A stretch of 64,000 nucleotides of DNA from an uncultured Gammaproteobacteria bacterium (GCA_964633905.1 CAZWIT010000003.1:67193-131192), one strand, 5' to 3'; shown: positions 55,379 through 63,072, counted from the first letter of the stretch. Program-made: numbers and translations. Notes: generated from the sequence alone by a model not told the origin.

Positions 55379-55813
55379 ATGATCAGTTTTAAAACCAACC
55401 AACCCGAAGCCGAACAAATTTATACCCAGCGCCCTGGCGCCTATGGCATCCTAGCCAACGACCGTAATCTACTGGCTATAGTCAAAACTAGTCGCGGCTA
55501 TTTTTTACCTGGTGGCGGCATCGAAGCCAACGAATCAGAAGAAGAATGCTTAATCAGAGAATTTATAGAAGAAATTGGTATTAAAATAAAAATAAAAGAA
55601 AAAATCTGCAGTGGTGATTGTTATTTTTATGCCACTACTTCTAATAAATATATCGAAAGTTTGGGACAATTTTACAAGTGCGAAATTGAAGAAATATTAA
55701 ATGTAGCCACTGAAGTTGATCACGAATTAGTTTGGCTAGATCCTAATGAAGCCATCCAACTATTATATTTAGATAACCAAAAAAGAGCTGTCCAAATATT
55801 TTTAGAAAATTAA
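55379..55813 (+). CDS. NUDIX hydrolase
   Basis: Nudix box GGGIEANESEEECLIREFIEEIGI. Confidence 0.75.
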   Translation: MISFKTNQPEAEQIYTQRPGAYGILANDRNLLAIVKTSRGYFLPGGGIEANESEEECLIREFIEEIGIKIKIKEKICSGDCYFYATTSNKYIESLGQFYKCEIEEILNVATEVDHELVWLDPNEAIQLLYLDNQKRAVQIFLEN

Positions 55814-55866
55814 AAAGGATTCTGCCAAAAAAGCAGAACCCAAAATATTGTCACTTTAGCTACTGA

Positions 55867-56148
55867 TTAAAAATTATTTCTCTCTGCCAACCATTTTCTG
55901 GAACGATCACGATCAATCCGCACTTGGAATCTACTGACGCCAACCCTTTTATAAAAAGTGCCGCTATGCCGCGGAAATTCCAGCTCTACTGTAGTTGATA
56001 AGCAGCTAAAAACAAATGACTTCATAAAATGACGAAACAGTTCTCTGGCTGCACCAAAAGAAATACCATGCTCTTTAGAGAGAATTTCCAAATAATCATG
56101 ATAAAGTGCAATATATTCATCAACTGTAAAAGTACGACGTTTATCCAC
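55867..56148 (-). CDS. Hypothetical protein (GTG start), moderately GC-enriched
   Basis: 93-aa ORF with upstream AAAGGGG. Downstream terminator GGGTTCTGC-tttttt-GGCAGAATCC + TTTTTAATTTT. Confidence 0.45.
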   Translation of the reverse strand: MDKRRTFTVDEYIALYHDYLEILSKEHGISFGAARELFRHFMKSFVFSCLSTTVELEFPRHSGTFYKRVGVSRFQVRIDRDRSRKWLAERNNF

Positions 56149-56225
56149 GCTAATTGCCCCTTTCTAACCTGAGGTCAAAACCTAAGCGGGATTTAACTAC
56201 TATAGACTAGACCAAAAAAATAATA

Positions 56226-56561
56226 TTGACAAGTAAAATAATTAAAATAATATTTATGTCTTTTGAAGAAATACCAATGGAGGGCAATATTAGCCAAGCT
56301 CAATTTCTAGTTAAGGTCGCTAACATAAAGCCAGAAGATATTGAAACTTTTAAAGCTAAGTTAGGCGACATTGAAAAAGATATGCTGGAAATAATGCCTT
56401 TTGAAGAAAAACAAATTGTCGTTGCCATGGATAGTTTAAACGATGAAGAATTAGATCGTCTACTGGCTTATAAAAAAAGATTAATCGGTGTCCATGATTT
56501 AAATGGCTATCTTGGGACAATATATGCCCTCACCCAAAATTCCCGTTATCAAAATCGCTAA
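56226..56561 (+). CDS. Hypothetical protein
   Basis: 111-aa ORF. The internal start MSFEE... is an alternative. Confidence 0.45.
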   Translation: MTSKIIKIIFMSFEEIPMEGNISQAQFLVKVANIKPEDIETFKAKLGDIEKDMLEIMPFEEKQIVVAMDSLNDEELDRLLAYKKRLIGVHDLNGYLGTIYALTQNSRYQNR

Positions 56562-56605
56562 AATAAAAACCCGTTGCCTGTGCTAATAGCAAACAGTCAA
56601 CGGGC
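56559..56605 (-). terminator. Intrinsic terminator CCCGTTG-(21 nt)-CAACGGG + TTTTTATTTT (minus strand)
   Basis: About 30 nt downstream of the stop of small ORF 56635..56757. Confidence 0.55.
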
Positions 56606-56634
56606 CGATAGTCTCTGAAAGGTCATCTTGCCTC

Positions 56635-56757
56635 TCAACTTTTGTCCTTCAAGGGTGCTTGGGGGGTAGGCAAACTACCTAATACGCAGACAGCTCTGAC
56701 AGTGAATAAAACAAAGGCTACCAACAAGGTAGTGATTACCGTTAACAAGACAGTCAT
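56635..56757 (-). CDS. Small hydrophobic peptide (40 aa), type I toxin-like; not in the ORF track
   Basis: Perfect SD GGAGGGAGC + ATG at 56757. MTVLLTVITTLLVAFVLFTVRAVCVLGSLPTPQAPLKDKS has a single TM then a polar tail. Leader hairpin GTCTT-tggtcc-AAGAC abuts the SD. Own terminator. Track ORF 56642..56842(+) is its antisense. Confidence 0.45.
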   Translation of the reverse strand: MTVLLTVITTLLVAFVLFTVRAVCVLGSLPTPQAPLKDKS

Positions 56758-56906
56758 ATGCTCCCTCCTTTGTCTTGGACCAAAGACTAGTTTAAATCAA
56801 AACCAGAAACTACAAAAAATGAAATTGTTATCAAACTACTAGTCTGAAAACTAGGCTCCTAATTAAAAGTACACATAGACTACAATCAAATTTAAGCATA
56901 TAAATG

Positions 56907-56939
56907 ACAAAAATAAAAGAGGCGGTCTTAGACCACCTC
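56907..56939 (-). terminator. Intrinsic terminator GAGGtGGTCTaAGACCgCCTC + TTTTATTTTTGTC (minus strand)
   Basis: About 35 nt downstream of the stop of small ORF 56973..57107. Confidence 0.6.
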
Positions 56940-56972
56940 AAAGTAAATAAGATATAAAGAACTATTTGTTAG

Positions 56973-57107
56973 CTAGCCCCAGCGATAAGCCGCAACAGCC
57001 AAGAGTGCCGATGCCAGCAAAAACAAGAGGATATTACGCGCCCGACAACGCAGCTGACGATCGCGTCTGTGCTCCTGGAACTCCATTTGCCTGTCGTAGA
57101 TCTTCAT
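56973..57107 (-). CDS. Small peptide (44 aa) with charged N-terminus and C-terminal TM, type I toxin-like; not in the ORF track
   Basis: GC-rich. SD AGGAGGCAGAAA-ATG. MKIYDRQMEFQEHRRDRQLRCRARNILLFLLASALLAVAAYRWG. Consensus promoter TTGACA-17-TATATT (57167-57195) and a structured 55-nt leader. Confidence 0.45.
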   Translation of the reverse strand: MKIYDRQMEFQEHRRDRQLRCRARNILLFLLASALLAVAAYRWG

Positions 57108-57166
57108 TTTCTGCCTCCTAGCTAAGGGTTTAGCAGGCTCTAGCGGGAACGTTCAAACTGCCCTAT

Positions 57167-57195
57167 AATATAAGCCAAACTAAAAACCTTGTCAA
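57167..57195 (-). promoter_or_regulatory. Consensus sigma70 promoter TTGACA-17-TATATT (minus strand) for small ORF 56973..57107
   Basis: -35 at 57190-57195, -10 at 57167-57172, 17-nt spacer. Confidence 0.5.
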
Positions 57196-57232
57196 TTATT
57201 GTTTTATTAAAAAACTAAGCTTTTAAGCAACT

Positions 57233-57814
57233 ATGCCCAAAACTATTAACCACGATTTATGTTTACAATGTAGCCAGTATCGACAGACTTGTTGTAATTT
57301 TACTGATCATTATATACCGCTCTTAATAGAAGATATGCAAAAAATTCTTGCCCTAGGCTACAAAGTACAAGATTTTATGGTAGCGTCTGAATTTGAAGAA
57401 GATGACTTAAGCGAAGAAGAAGATTGGTGGAAACAAAGTTTAGTCAAAATAGCAGATAAATATTATCAGATCAGTATTTTGTCCAAAGGTGAAGCCGGTT
57501 GCTTATTTTTAAAAAATGGACAAGGATGCACCTTAGGAAAACAAAGACCTGCTATTTGCCGACTTTACCCATTTTGGTTTGACAAAAATAAACAACTTAA
57601 GTATCAAGATGATTTTTGCGAAGCCTACAAACAAAAAATATCTTTTGAGGACTGTATGAAAATCATGGGAGAAAAAGAAGAAGACATCAAAGAATACTAT
57701 GCTAAAATAAGAACTGATTTTATTCAAAAAAAACCTAAATACGAACAATTAACTAAATTACTGCTTGATAAAAAATATGATGATTTGGAAAAAATTATAA
57801 AAAGTGAAAATTAA
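57233..57814 (+). CDS. YkgJ-family (UPF0153, CxxCxxCC putative Fe-S/zinc-binding) protein
   Basis: N-terminal CLQCSQYRQTCC and a second Cys cluster GCLFLKNGQGCTLGKQRPAICRLYPF. Confidence 0.65.
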   Translation: MPKTINHDLCLQCSQYRQTCCNFTDHYIPLLIEDMQKILALGYKVQDFMVASEFEEDDLSEEEDWWKQSLVKIADKYYQISILSKGEAGCLFLKNGQGCTLGKQRPAICRLYPFWFDKNKQLKYQDDFCEAYKQKISFEDCMKIMGEKEEDIKEYYAKIRTDFIQKKPKYEQLTKLLLDKKYDDLEKIIKSEN

Positions 57815-57825
57815 ACCCCTAAAAT

Positions 57826-58383
57826 ATGTCTGAGCAACAAAAAAATAAATGGCCAGGACAAATTCAGGTTTATACTGGTAATAGCAAAGGTAAAACGACT
57901 GCTGCTTTGGGTCTTGCTATCCGCGCTTTGGGCTATGGTCTAAAAGTTGGCATTATCTTTTTTGATAAAGGTGGTGATTATTATCACGAAAGGAAAACTT
58001 TAAAGCAGTTAAATCATCCTAATCTAGATTTTCAAGCCTTTGGCCTGCCTCGCATGACTGGTGGTCGCTTCCGTTTTGATAATTTACCAGGCGATATTAG
58101 CGAAGCTGAAGCAGCTCTGCAAACTGCTGAAAATTGGTTTAAAGATAATAGTTTTGACTTAATAATTTTAGACGAAATCAACACTACTATAGCTACTGAC
58201 TTGCTAAAATTAGACAGTATTGTAAACTTGATTAAGTCAAAGCCTCAAGCCTTAGAATTAGTTCTAACTGGACGCTATTGCCCCGAAGAAATTATTAAAC
58301 TAGCTGACTTAGTAACTGAAATGAACCCAATTAAACATTATATGGATAAAGGCTTAGACGCCCGTCCTGGCATTGAATATTAA
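57826..58383 (+). CDS. cobO: Cob(I)alamin/cob(I)yrinic acid a,c-diamide adenosyltransferase (CobO/BtuR family)
   Basis: P-loop YTGNSKGKTTAA. The C-terminal ...VTEMNPIKHYMDKGLDARPGIEY closely parallels the BtuR C-terminus. Confidence 0.8.
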   Translation: MSEQQKNKWPGQIQVYTGNSKGKTTAALGLAIRALGYGLKVGIIFFDKGGDYYHERKTLKQLNHPNLDFQAFGLPRMTGGRFRFDNLPGDISEAEAALQTAENWFKDNSFDLIILDEINTTIATDLLKLDSIVNLIKSKPQALELVLTGRYCPEEIIKLADLVTEMNPIKHYMDKGLDARPGIEY

Positions 58384-58392
58384 CTTATACCT

Positions 58393-58833
58393 ATGTTAAA
58401 AAAAACAAACTTAATTATATTTATTTTATTGTTAATTGCCGTTATTGGTTTATGGCAAAGCACTTATCAAAGTAAAAAAACCCAACCCAGCAATGAACAG
58501 TTAACTGGGCAAACTCAGGGCAACATTAATGTTAAATTTTCCTTTTCTGAAAACGAAATTGTCAGCCTCTCTCATCCTTATGCCGAAAATATCTCTGCTA
58601 ACTTAGTTACTATCACCCAAAGCCTAACTCAGCAACAAACCTGGGAATTTGAATCAAAAGATTATGGTGAAATGGGCGTCTTGGTCACAAAAATTGGTAA
58701 CAAGAGCAATGGTCAAGAACAAAAATACTGGCAATTTTATGTTAATGGCGAACAACCAATGATGTCAGCTGATAAATTCTCCCCAAAAAATGGCGACCAA
58801 ATAGAATGGCGCTTTGCGGAATCAAAATTTTAA
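58393..58833 (+). CDS. DUF4430-family secreted protein (transcobalamin-like, putative cobalamin-binding)
   Basis: Signal/TM N-terminus. C-terminal YWQFYVNGEQPMMSADKFSPKNGDQIEWRF is typical of DUF4430. Sits between cobO and a small polytopic membrane protein. Confidence 0.5.
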   Translation: MLKKTNLIIFILLLIAVIGLWQSTYQSKKTQPSNEQLTGQTQGNINVKFSFSENEIVSLSHPYAENISANLVTITQSLTQQQTWEFESKDYGEMGVLVTKIGNKSNGQEQKYWQFYVNGEQPMMSADKFSPKNGDQIEWRFAESKF

Positions 58834-58851
58834 TTTTTACCAATAATAGAT

Positions 58852-59370
58852 ATGAATAATAAAAATCTTTGGCTAATAATAACCTTAAGCATTCTAGCCC
58901 TACTCGCGCGTCTAATTTGGCATTTGCCAAACTTCTCGCCCTTGGCTAGCTTGATCTTATTTGCTGGCTACTACACACCAAAAAAATATTGGCCCTTACC
59001 ATTTATTAGTTTATTTATTTCTGATTTAATTATTGGTTTTTACGCTTGGCCAGTAATGTTATCGGTTTATATTGCTTCTGCTTTTAATTTATACCTAGGT
59101 CGTTTACTACAAAAAAATAGTAATGCCATAAATATTGCCAGCAGCACTCTAGCATCTGCCTTGATATTTTTCTTGATTACCAACTTGGCTGTTTGGGCTA
59201 GTGGCGATTGGTATGCTCACAACCTAAACGGACTATACCTCTGCTTTGCCTTAGCAATACCATTTTTTAAAACTACTTTGCTCAGCAATATTTTATACAC
59301 TGGCCTGATATTTACCCCTATTAAATTGATTGAAACTATCCGCCATAAACAAGCCTTGACTAACAAATAA
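58852..59370 (+). CDS. Small polytopic membrane protein, possible ECF-type S component (cobalamin?)
   Basis: 172 aa, 5-6 TM. Genomic context with cobO and DUF4430. Confidence 0.45.
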   Translation: MNNKNLWLIITLSILALLARLIWHLPNFSPLASLILFAGYYTPKKYWPLPFISLFISDLIIGFYAWPVMLSVYIASAFNLYLGRLLQKNSNAINIASSTLASALIFFLITNLAVWASGDWYAHNLNGLYLCFALAIPFFKTTLLSNILYTGLIFTPIKLIETIRHKQALTNK

Positions 59371-59480
59371 CTTTTACAAAATCAAATAACTCAAACCGCC
59401 TAAAAAGCGGTTTTTTTATTATTGATAAATATGTTATAATATAAATAAGCGATAATAAAAATAAAATTAACTAAAGCAAG

Positions 59481-60515
59481 ATGTTAAACATCAATAATCT
59501 TTTTAAACTAGCCACCAAAAATAAAGCTTCCGACTTGCATATTATTGTCGGCAAACCTCCGATTGTTCGTATTGATGGTGAGCTAAAAATGCTACCTGAC
59601 ACCGAAGTTATCACTCGCGATAGTGCTGAAAAAATGATTTTCGGCATTCTGACTGAACGTCAACAAAAAAAATATTTGGAAGAAAGAGAGTTAGATATTT
59701 CTTATGAAATTCCAGAATATTCTCGTTATCGTGTTAATTTACACTGGGAAAAAGATAACCCTGGATTAGTGGCTCGTGTTATTGCAAGCGAAATACCGCA
59801 ACTTGAAAATCTAGGCATGCCTGAAATTGCCAATCAGCTACTTTCTAGAACTAGTGGCTTGATTCTGATAACTGGCCCAACTGGTTGCGGTAAGTCCACT
59901 ACTCTTGCGGCTATGATTGAAAAAATCAATCAAAACCGAACAGCCCATATTATTACTCTAGAAGACCCGATTGAATTTGTGCATCAACCTAAAAAAAGTA
60001 TTATTAAACAACGTCAATTAGGCACTGACATGTTAAGCTTTGACGATGCTTTAAAGCACGTTTTACGTCAAGATCCAAACGTCATTATGGTCGGCGAAAT
60101 GCGCGACCTAGAAACCATGGCTACTACTATTACCCTAGCCGAAACTGGACACTTGGTTCTTGCAACCTTGCATACTCATAGCGCTGCCCAAACCATTGAT
60201 CGTATCATTGATGTCTTTCCTCCTCACCAACAATCCCAAGTGCGTTTACAATTATCAATCTCCTTAAGTGGCATTATCACTCAACAATTGGTACCTAAAA
60301 TCGGTGGCGGTCGAGTAGCTGTGCGGGAAATTTTAGTAAATACACCAGCTATTGCTAACATTATCCGCGAAAATAAAATTCCTCAAATCAAAAGCGTCAT
60401 CCAGACTAGCGCCGAAGAAGGCATGTTTAGTATGGAACAAAATATCAAAGAATTATTAGACAATAATCTTATTGAAGAAACCACGGCTGTGGCTTATCTT
60501 GGACACCAAAGCTAA
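59481..60515 (+). CDS. pilT: Type IV pilus retraction ATPase PilT (twitching motility)
   Basis: Walker A GPTGCGKSTT, Asp box, Walker B and His box (LVLATLHTHSAAQTIDRI). N-terminal MLNINNLFKLATKNKASDLHI is typical of PilT. Confidence 0.85.
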   Translation: MLNINNLFKLATKNKASDLHIIVGKPPIVRIDGELKMLPDTEVITRDSAEKMIFGILTERQQKKYLEERELDISYEIPEYSRYRVNLHWEKDNPGLVARVIASEIPQLENLGMPEIANQLLSRTSGLILITGPTGCGKSTTLAAMIEKINQNRTAHIITLEDPIEFVHQPKKSIIKQRQLGTDMLSFDDALKHVLRQDPNVIMVGEMRDLETMATTITLAETGHLVLATLHTHSAAQTIDRIIDVFPPHQQSQVRLQLSISLSGIITQQLVPKIGGGRVAVREILVNTPAIANIIRENKIPQIKSVIQTSAEEGMFSMEQNIKELLDNNLIEETTAVAYLGHQS

Positions 60516-60517
60516 AA

Positions 60518-61471
60518 ATGGCAAAATTTAATCTAGCCAATATCAGTTTGTTTAAACAACTAGACAAGGCAGAACTTGCTTTACTAGAAAAATTTTGTTT
60601 AGCCAAAAATTACCAAGCTAACCAATATATCTTTGGTCAAAATAAGATTCAAGACCGACTTATTATTATTAAATCTGGTCAGGCTGAGCTTGTTAGCCAA
60701 ATTGATGACGAACAACAAACAATTGCCCTATTTAATACGAATGACTTTTTGGGAGAAATGTCTTTAATAGATCGCCAACAAAAATATGAACATGATTTAA
60801 GAGCCAAAACAGATTTAGAAACATTAGAAATACACCAAAGACATTGGCCGAGCTTAATCAAGCAATCAAATAGACTAAAAGACAAAATTTATAAACAAAC
60901 TGCCAGCATCTTAAACCAACGCTTAAATCATGCTGATAATAAATTACTAGCTTTATTTGCCTTTAGCCAATTTATCGGTAAAGAAAATAGCCTAGAAAAA
61001 ATTAGCGAAAAACTACTAAATATTATTTTAGAAATCATCCCCTCTCAATGCGCAGCTATTGCTAGCTATTCCCATACTACAAACAAATTACACGTTTATC
61101 AAAATAAAAACTACCCTGTTTGGAAAAATGGGCAATATTATTCTATTGAGCACTGGCCTTTATTAAAAAATATTCTAAGGCAGCAACAAAGCCTAATCTT
61201 TCAAATTAATGATTGGCCCCAAAGTAAACAATTGTTGCCTGGCTTAGTACAAAATACTAATATTATCATCCCTATCCGCTTACCAAAAAAAGTTTTGGGC
61301 TTTATTATTTTAGGAAACAAGCATGACCAAGAAGAATATAGTAGCAATAATCAAATATTGCTCGAGGCTCTAGCCATGGAGTTTGCGGCTGTTATTCAAC
61401 AAACACATTTAAATGAATACGAAGAAGCTGCCAGTGAAGTAAAACATATTTTTATTGAACCTCGTGCTTAA
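60518..61471 (+). CDS. Regulatory protein with cNMP-binding-like domain and C-terminal GAF-like domain
   Basis: FGEMSLIDRQ in a CAP-type beta-barrel region. C-terminal part has a GAF-like pattern. Starts 3 bp after pilT. Confidence 0.55.
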   Translation: MAKFNLANISLFKQLDKAELALLEKFCLAKNYQANQYIFGQNKIQDRLIIIKSGQAELVSQIDDEQQTIALFNTNDFLGEMSLIDRQQKYEHDLRAKTDLETLEIHQRHWPSLIKQSNRLKDKIYKQTASILNQRLNHADNKLLALFAFSQFIGKENSLEKISEKLLNIILEIIPSQCAAIASYSHTTNKLHVYQNKNYPVWKNGQYYSIEHWPLLKNILRQQQSLIFQINDWPQSKQLLPGLVQNTNIIIPIRLPKKVLGFIILGNKHDQEEYSSNNQILLEALAMEFAAVIQQTHLNEYEEAASEVKHIFIEPRA

Positions 61472-61548
61472 ATATCAGCCTTGATTTTTTCTTTGCTTTA
61501 TACTATAATATCGACAAATCATAGCTTTTCATGCTATTTTTTTATTAA

Positions 61549-61624
61549 GCGGTTGTAGCTCAATGGATAGAGCACTTGGCTTCGGACCAAGGGGTTGCGG
61601 GTTCGACTCCTGCCGGCCGCACCA
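61549..61624 (+). tRNA. tRNA-Arg (anticodon TCG) with encoded CCA
   Basis: GCGGTTGTAGCTCAATGGATAGAGCACTTGGCTTCGGACCAAGGGGTTGCGGGTTCGACTCCTGCCGGCCGCACCA. All stems pair; anticodon loop CTTCGGA. Confidence 0.8.
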
Positions 61625-61643
61625 AAAAATTATCAAAATAATG

Positions 61644-61718
61644 CCCCTATAGCTCAGCTGGTAGAGCAGTTGCCTCTTAAGCAAACGGTCGTAGGTTCGA
61701 ATCCTGCTGGGGGCACCA
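61644..61718 (+). tRNA. tRNA-Lys (anticodon CTT) with encoded CCA
   Basis: GCCCCTATAGCTCAGCTGGTAGAGCAGTTGCCTCTTAAGCAAACGGTCGTAGGTTCGAATCCTGCTGGGGGCACCA. Anticodon loop CTCTTAA; 27:43 G-A mismatch. Confidence 0.75.
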
Positions 61719-61724
61719 GAAAAT

Positions 61725-61760
61725 CAAGTACAACGTGCTTGTTTTTTATTTTTAAAAATA
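61725..61760 (+). terminator. Terminator-like hairpin CAAGTAC-aac-GTGCTTG + TTTTTTATTTTT after the tRNA pair
   Basis: Stem with one mismatch followed by a T-run. Confidence 0.45.
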
Positions 61761-61854
61761 TAATTTACAGCCTTGCTTTTTGCTGTTAAAATTGCTAATA
61801 TACAGTTTCGTTTTGCCCTTTATTATTCACCCTTGCCTAAGAAAGGACTGCCAC

Positions 61855-62061
61855 ATGTTCAAGCCTGGCGACCATGTCCGGGTCATCCCGGCCTACAGCG
61901 GACCGCTGCAGACGGCCCATGTGCGTATTACCGTAAACCACGGCTTTGGCCCCTTCCGGGTCATCGGGGTGCATCCTCAGGACAGAGGCGGACAGGTCCT
62001 CTGTCTGCAGGTCGGTAACCATCAGACAACCGTCGATTCCCGCATCTTCCAGCCGGCCTAG
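61855..62061 (+). CDS. GC-rich foreign-looking small protein (68 aa), SH3/KOW-like beta-rich, unknown function
   Basis: About 65% GC with very high GC3. SD AAGAAAGGA 7 nt before the ATG at 61855. The track's TTG-start extension (61780) is an AT-rich leader. MFKPGDHVRVIPAYSGPLQTAHVRITVNHGFGPFRVIGVHPQDRGGQVLCLQVGNHQTTVDSRIFQPA. Confidence 0.5.
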   Translation: MFKPGDHVRVIPAYSGPLQTAHVRITVNHGFGPFRVIGVHPQDRGGQVLCLQVGNHQTTVDSRIFQPA

Positions 62062-62082
62062 CTATCCTGAAGGCGATTTAAG

Positions 62083-62119
62083 CCACAAAGGGCGCGCACA
62101 CCAGTGCGTCGCCCTTTCT
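62083..62119 (+). terminator. Strong intrinsic terminator AAAGGGCGCGCAC-acca-GTGCGTCGCCCTTT + CTTTT
   Basis: 13-bp GC-rich stem plus T-run, 20 nt after the stop of the 68-aa ORF. Confidence 0.65.
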
Positions 62120-62149
62120 TTTAAATCAATTATTTGTTAAATTTAAGCT

Positions 62150-63067
62150 ATGAAATTTACTTACCAACAAACAAATAAAGAACGTTTGGATAAATACCTC
62201 CAAACACAGCTCAATATCAGCCGTAGCCAAATAAAAAAAATTATTTTGGATGGTCAGGTTAAAGTTAACCAAGAAATATCTAGCGTTCATCATTGGCTTA
62301 AAGCTAATGATTTGATTGAATATAAGGCTAAAGAAGTTGACCAAAATAATCCAATTGCCAAAAAAAATAACAAAATAATCAAACCCCGCATTATCAAACA
62401 AACTGATGATTATTTAATTATCAATAAACCACATGGCCTACTAGTACACCCTACTGACAAAAAAGAAACTAATACTCTAGCTAATTGGCTACTGGAAAAA
62501 TTTCCTGATTTAATCCATGTTGGCGATGATCCTAGGCGCCCTGGCATTGTCCATCGTTTAGACCGAGAAGTCTCGGGACTAATGATTATTGCTTTAAATC
62601 AAAAATTTTTTGAAATTATCAAAAAACAATTTCAAGAAAGAACCATTATTAAAGAATATACCGCCCTAGCTCATGGTAATATTATCAATAACGAAGGTGA
62701 GGTCATCACACCTTTAGAGAGAGATAATGAAACTGGGCTCATGAAAGCCTTACCGGCAGGCGAAGGCTTAAATGCTCATACTACTTATGAAGTTATAAAA
62801 CGTTATCCTAATTATACTTTAATCAAAGTCCAAATTAAGACTGGAAGAATGCACCAAATTCGTGCCCACCTTTATAGCATTGGCCATTCTATAGTTGGTG
62901 ATAAACTTTATCAAACTAAAGATTTGCGTAAAAAGAAAAAAATTGTTAACTTGCGCATTTTCCTTCACGCTAGTTCCCTAAAATTTCAAGATGCTCGAGG
63001 CCAGTGGCAATCCTATCAATCAAAATTACCAATTGAGTTAGAAAAATTTTTAGCTGAATTAAAATAA
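62150..63067 (+). CDS. rluD: RluA-family 23S rRNA pseudouridine synthase (RluD-like, N-terminal S4 domain)
   Basis: S4 domain (RLDKYLQTQLNISRSQIKKIILDGQVKVN), catalytic HRLDREVSGLMIIA, and the KEYTALAHG / GRMHQIRAHL motifs. Confidence 0.8.
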   Translation: MKFTYQQTNKERLDKYLQTQLNISRSQIKKIILDGQVKVNQEISSVHHWLKANDLIEYKAKEVDQNNPIAKKNNKIIKPRIIKQTDDYLIINKPHGLLVHPTDKKETNTLANWLLEKFPDLIHVGDDPRRPGIVHRLDREVSGLMIIALNQKFFEIIKKQFQERTIIKEYTALAHGNIINNEGEVITPLERDNETGLMKALPAGEGLNAHTTYEVIKRYPNYTLIKVQIKTGRMHQIRAHLYSIGHSIVGDKLYQTKDLRKKKKIVNLRIFLHASSLKFQDARGQWQSYQSKLPIELEKFLAELK

Positions 63068-63072
63068 ATTAT

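Noticed and set aside
56642-56842. Track ORF 56642..56842 (+), 66 aa
   Set aside because: Antisense to the SD-bearing small peptide ORF 56635..56757. No SD of its own. Retained only as a possible antisense-RNA region, not as a CDS.
61595-62401. Track ORFs 61595..61789 (+), 61773..62018 (+), 61837..62022 (-), 61946..62140 (+), 62126..62401 (-)
   Set aside because: The first spans the two tRNA genes. The others are alternative-frame artefacts of the GC-rich 68-aa cassette or antisense to rluD. Only 61855..62061 has an SD and terminator.
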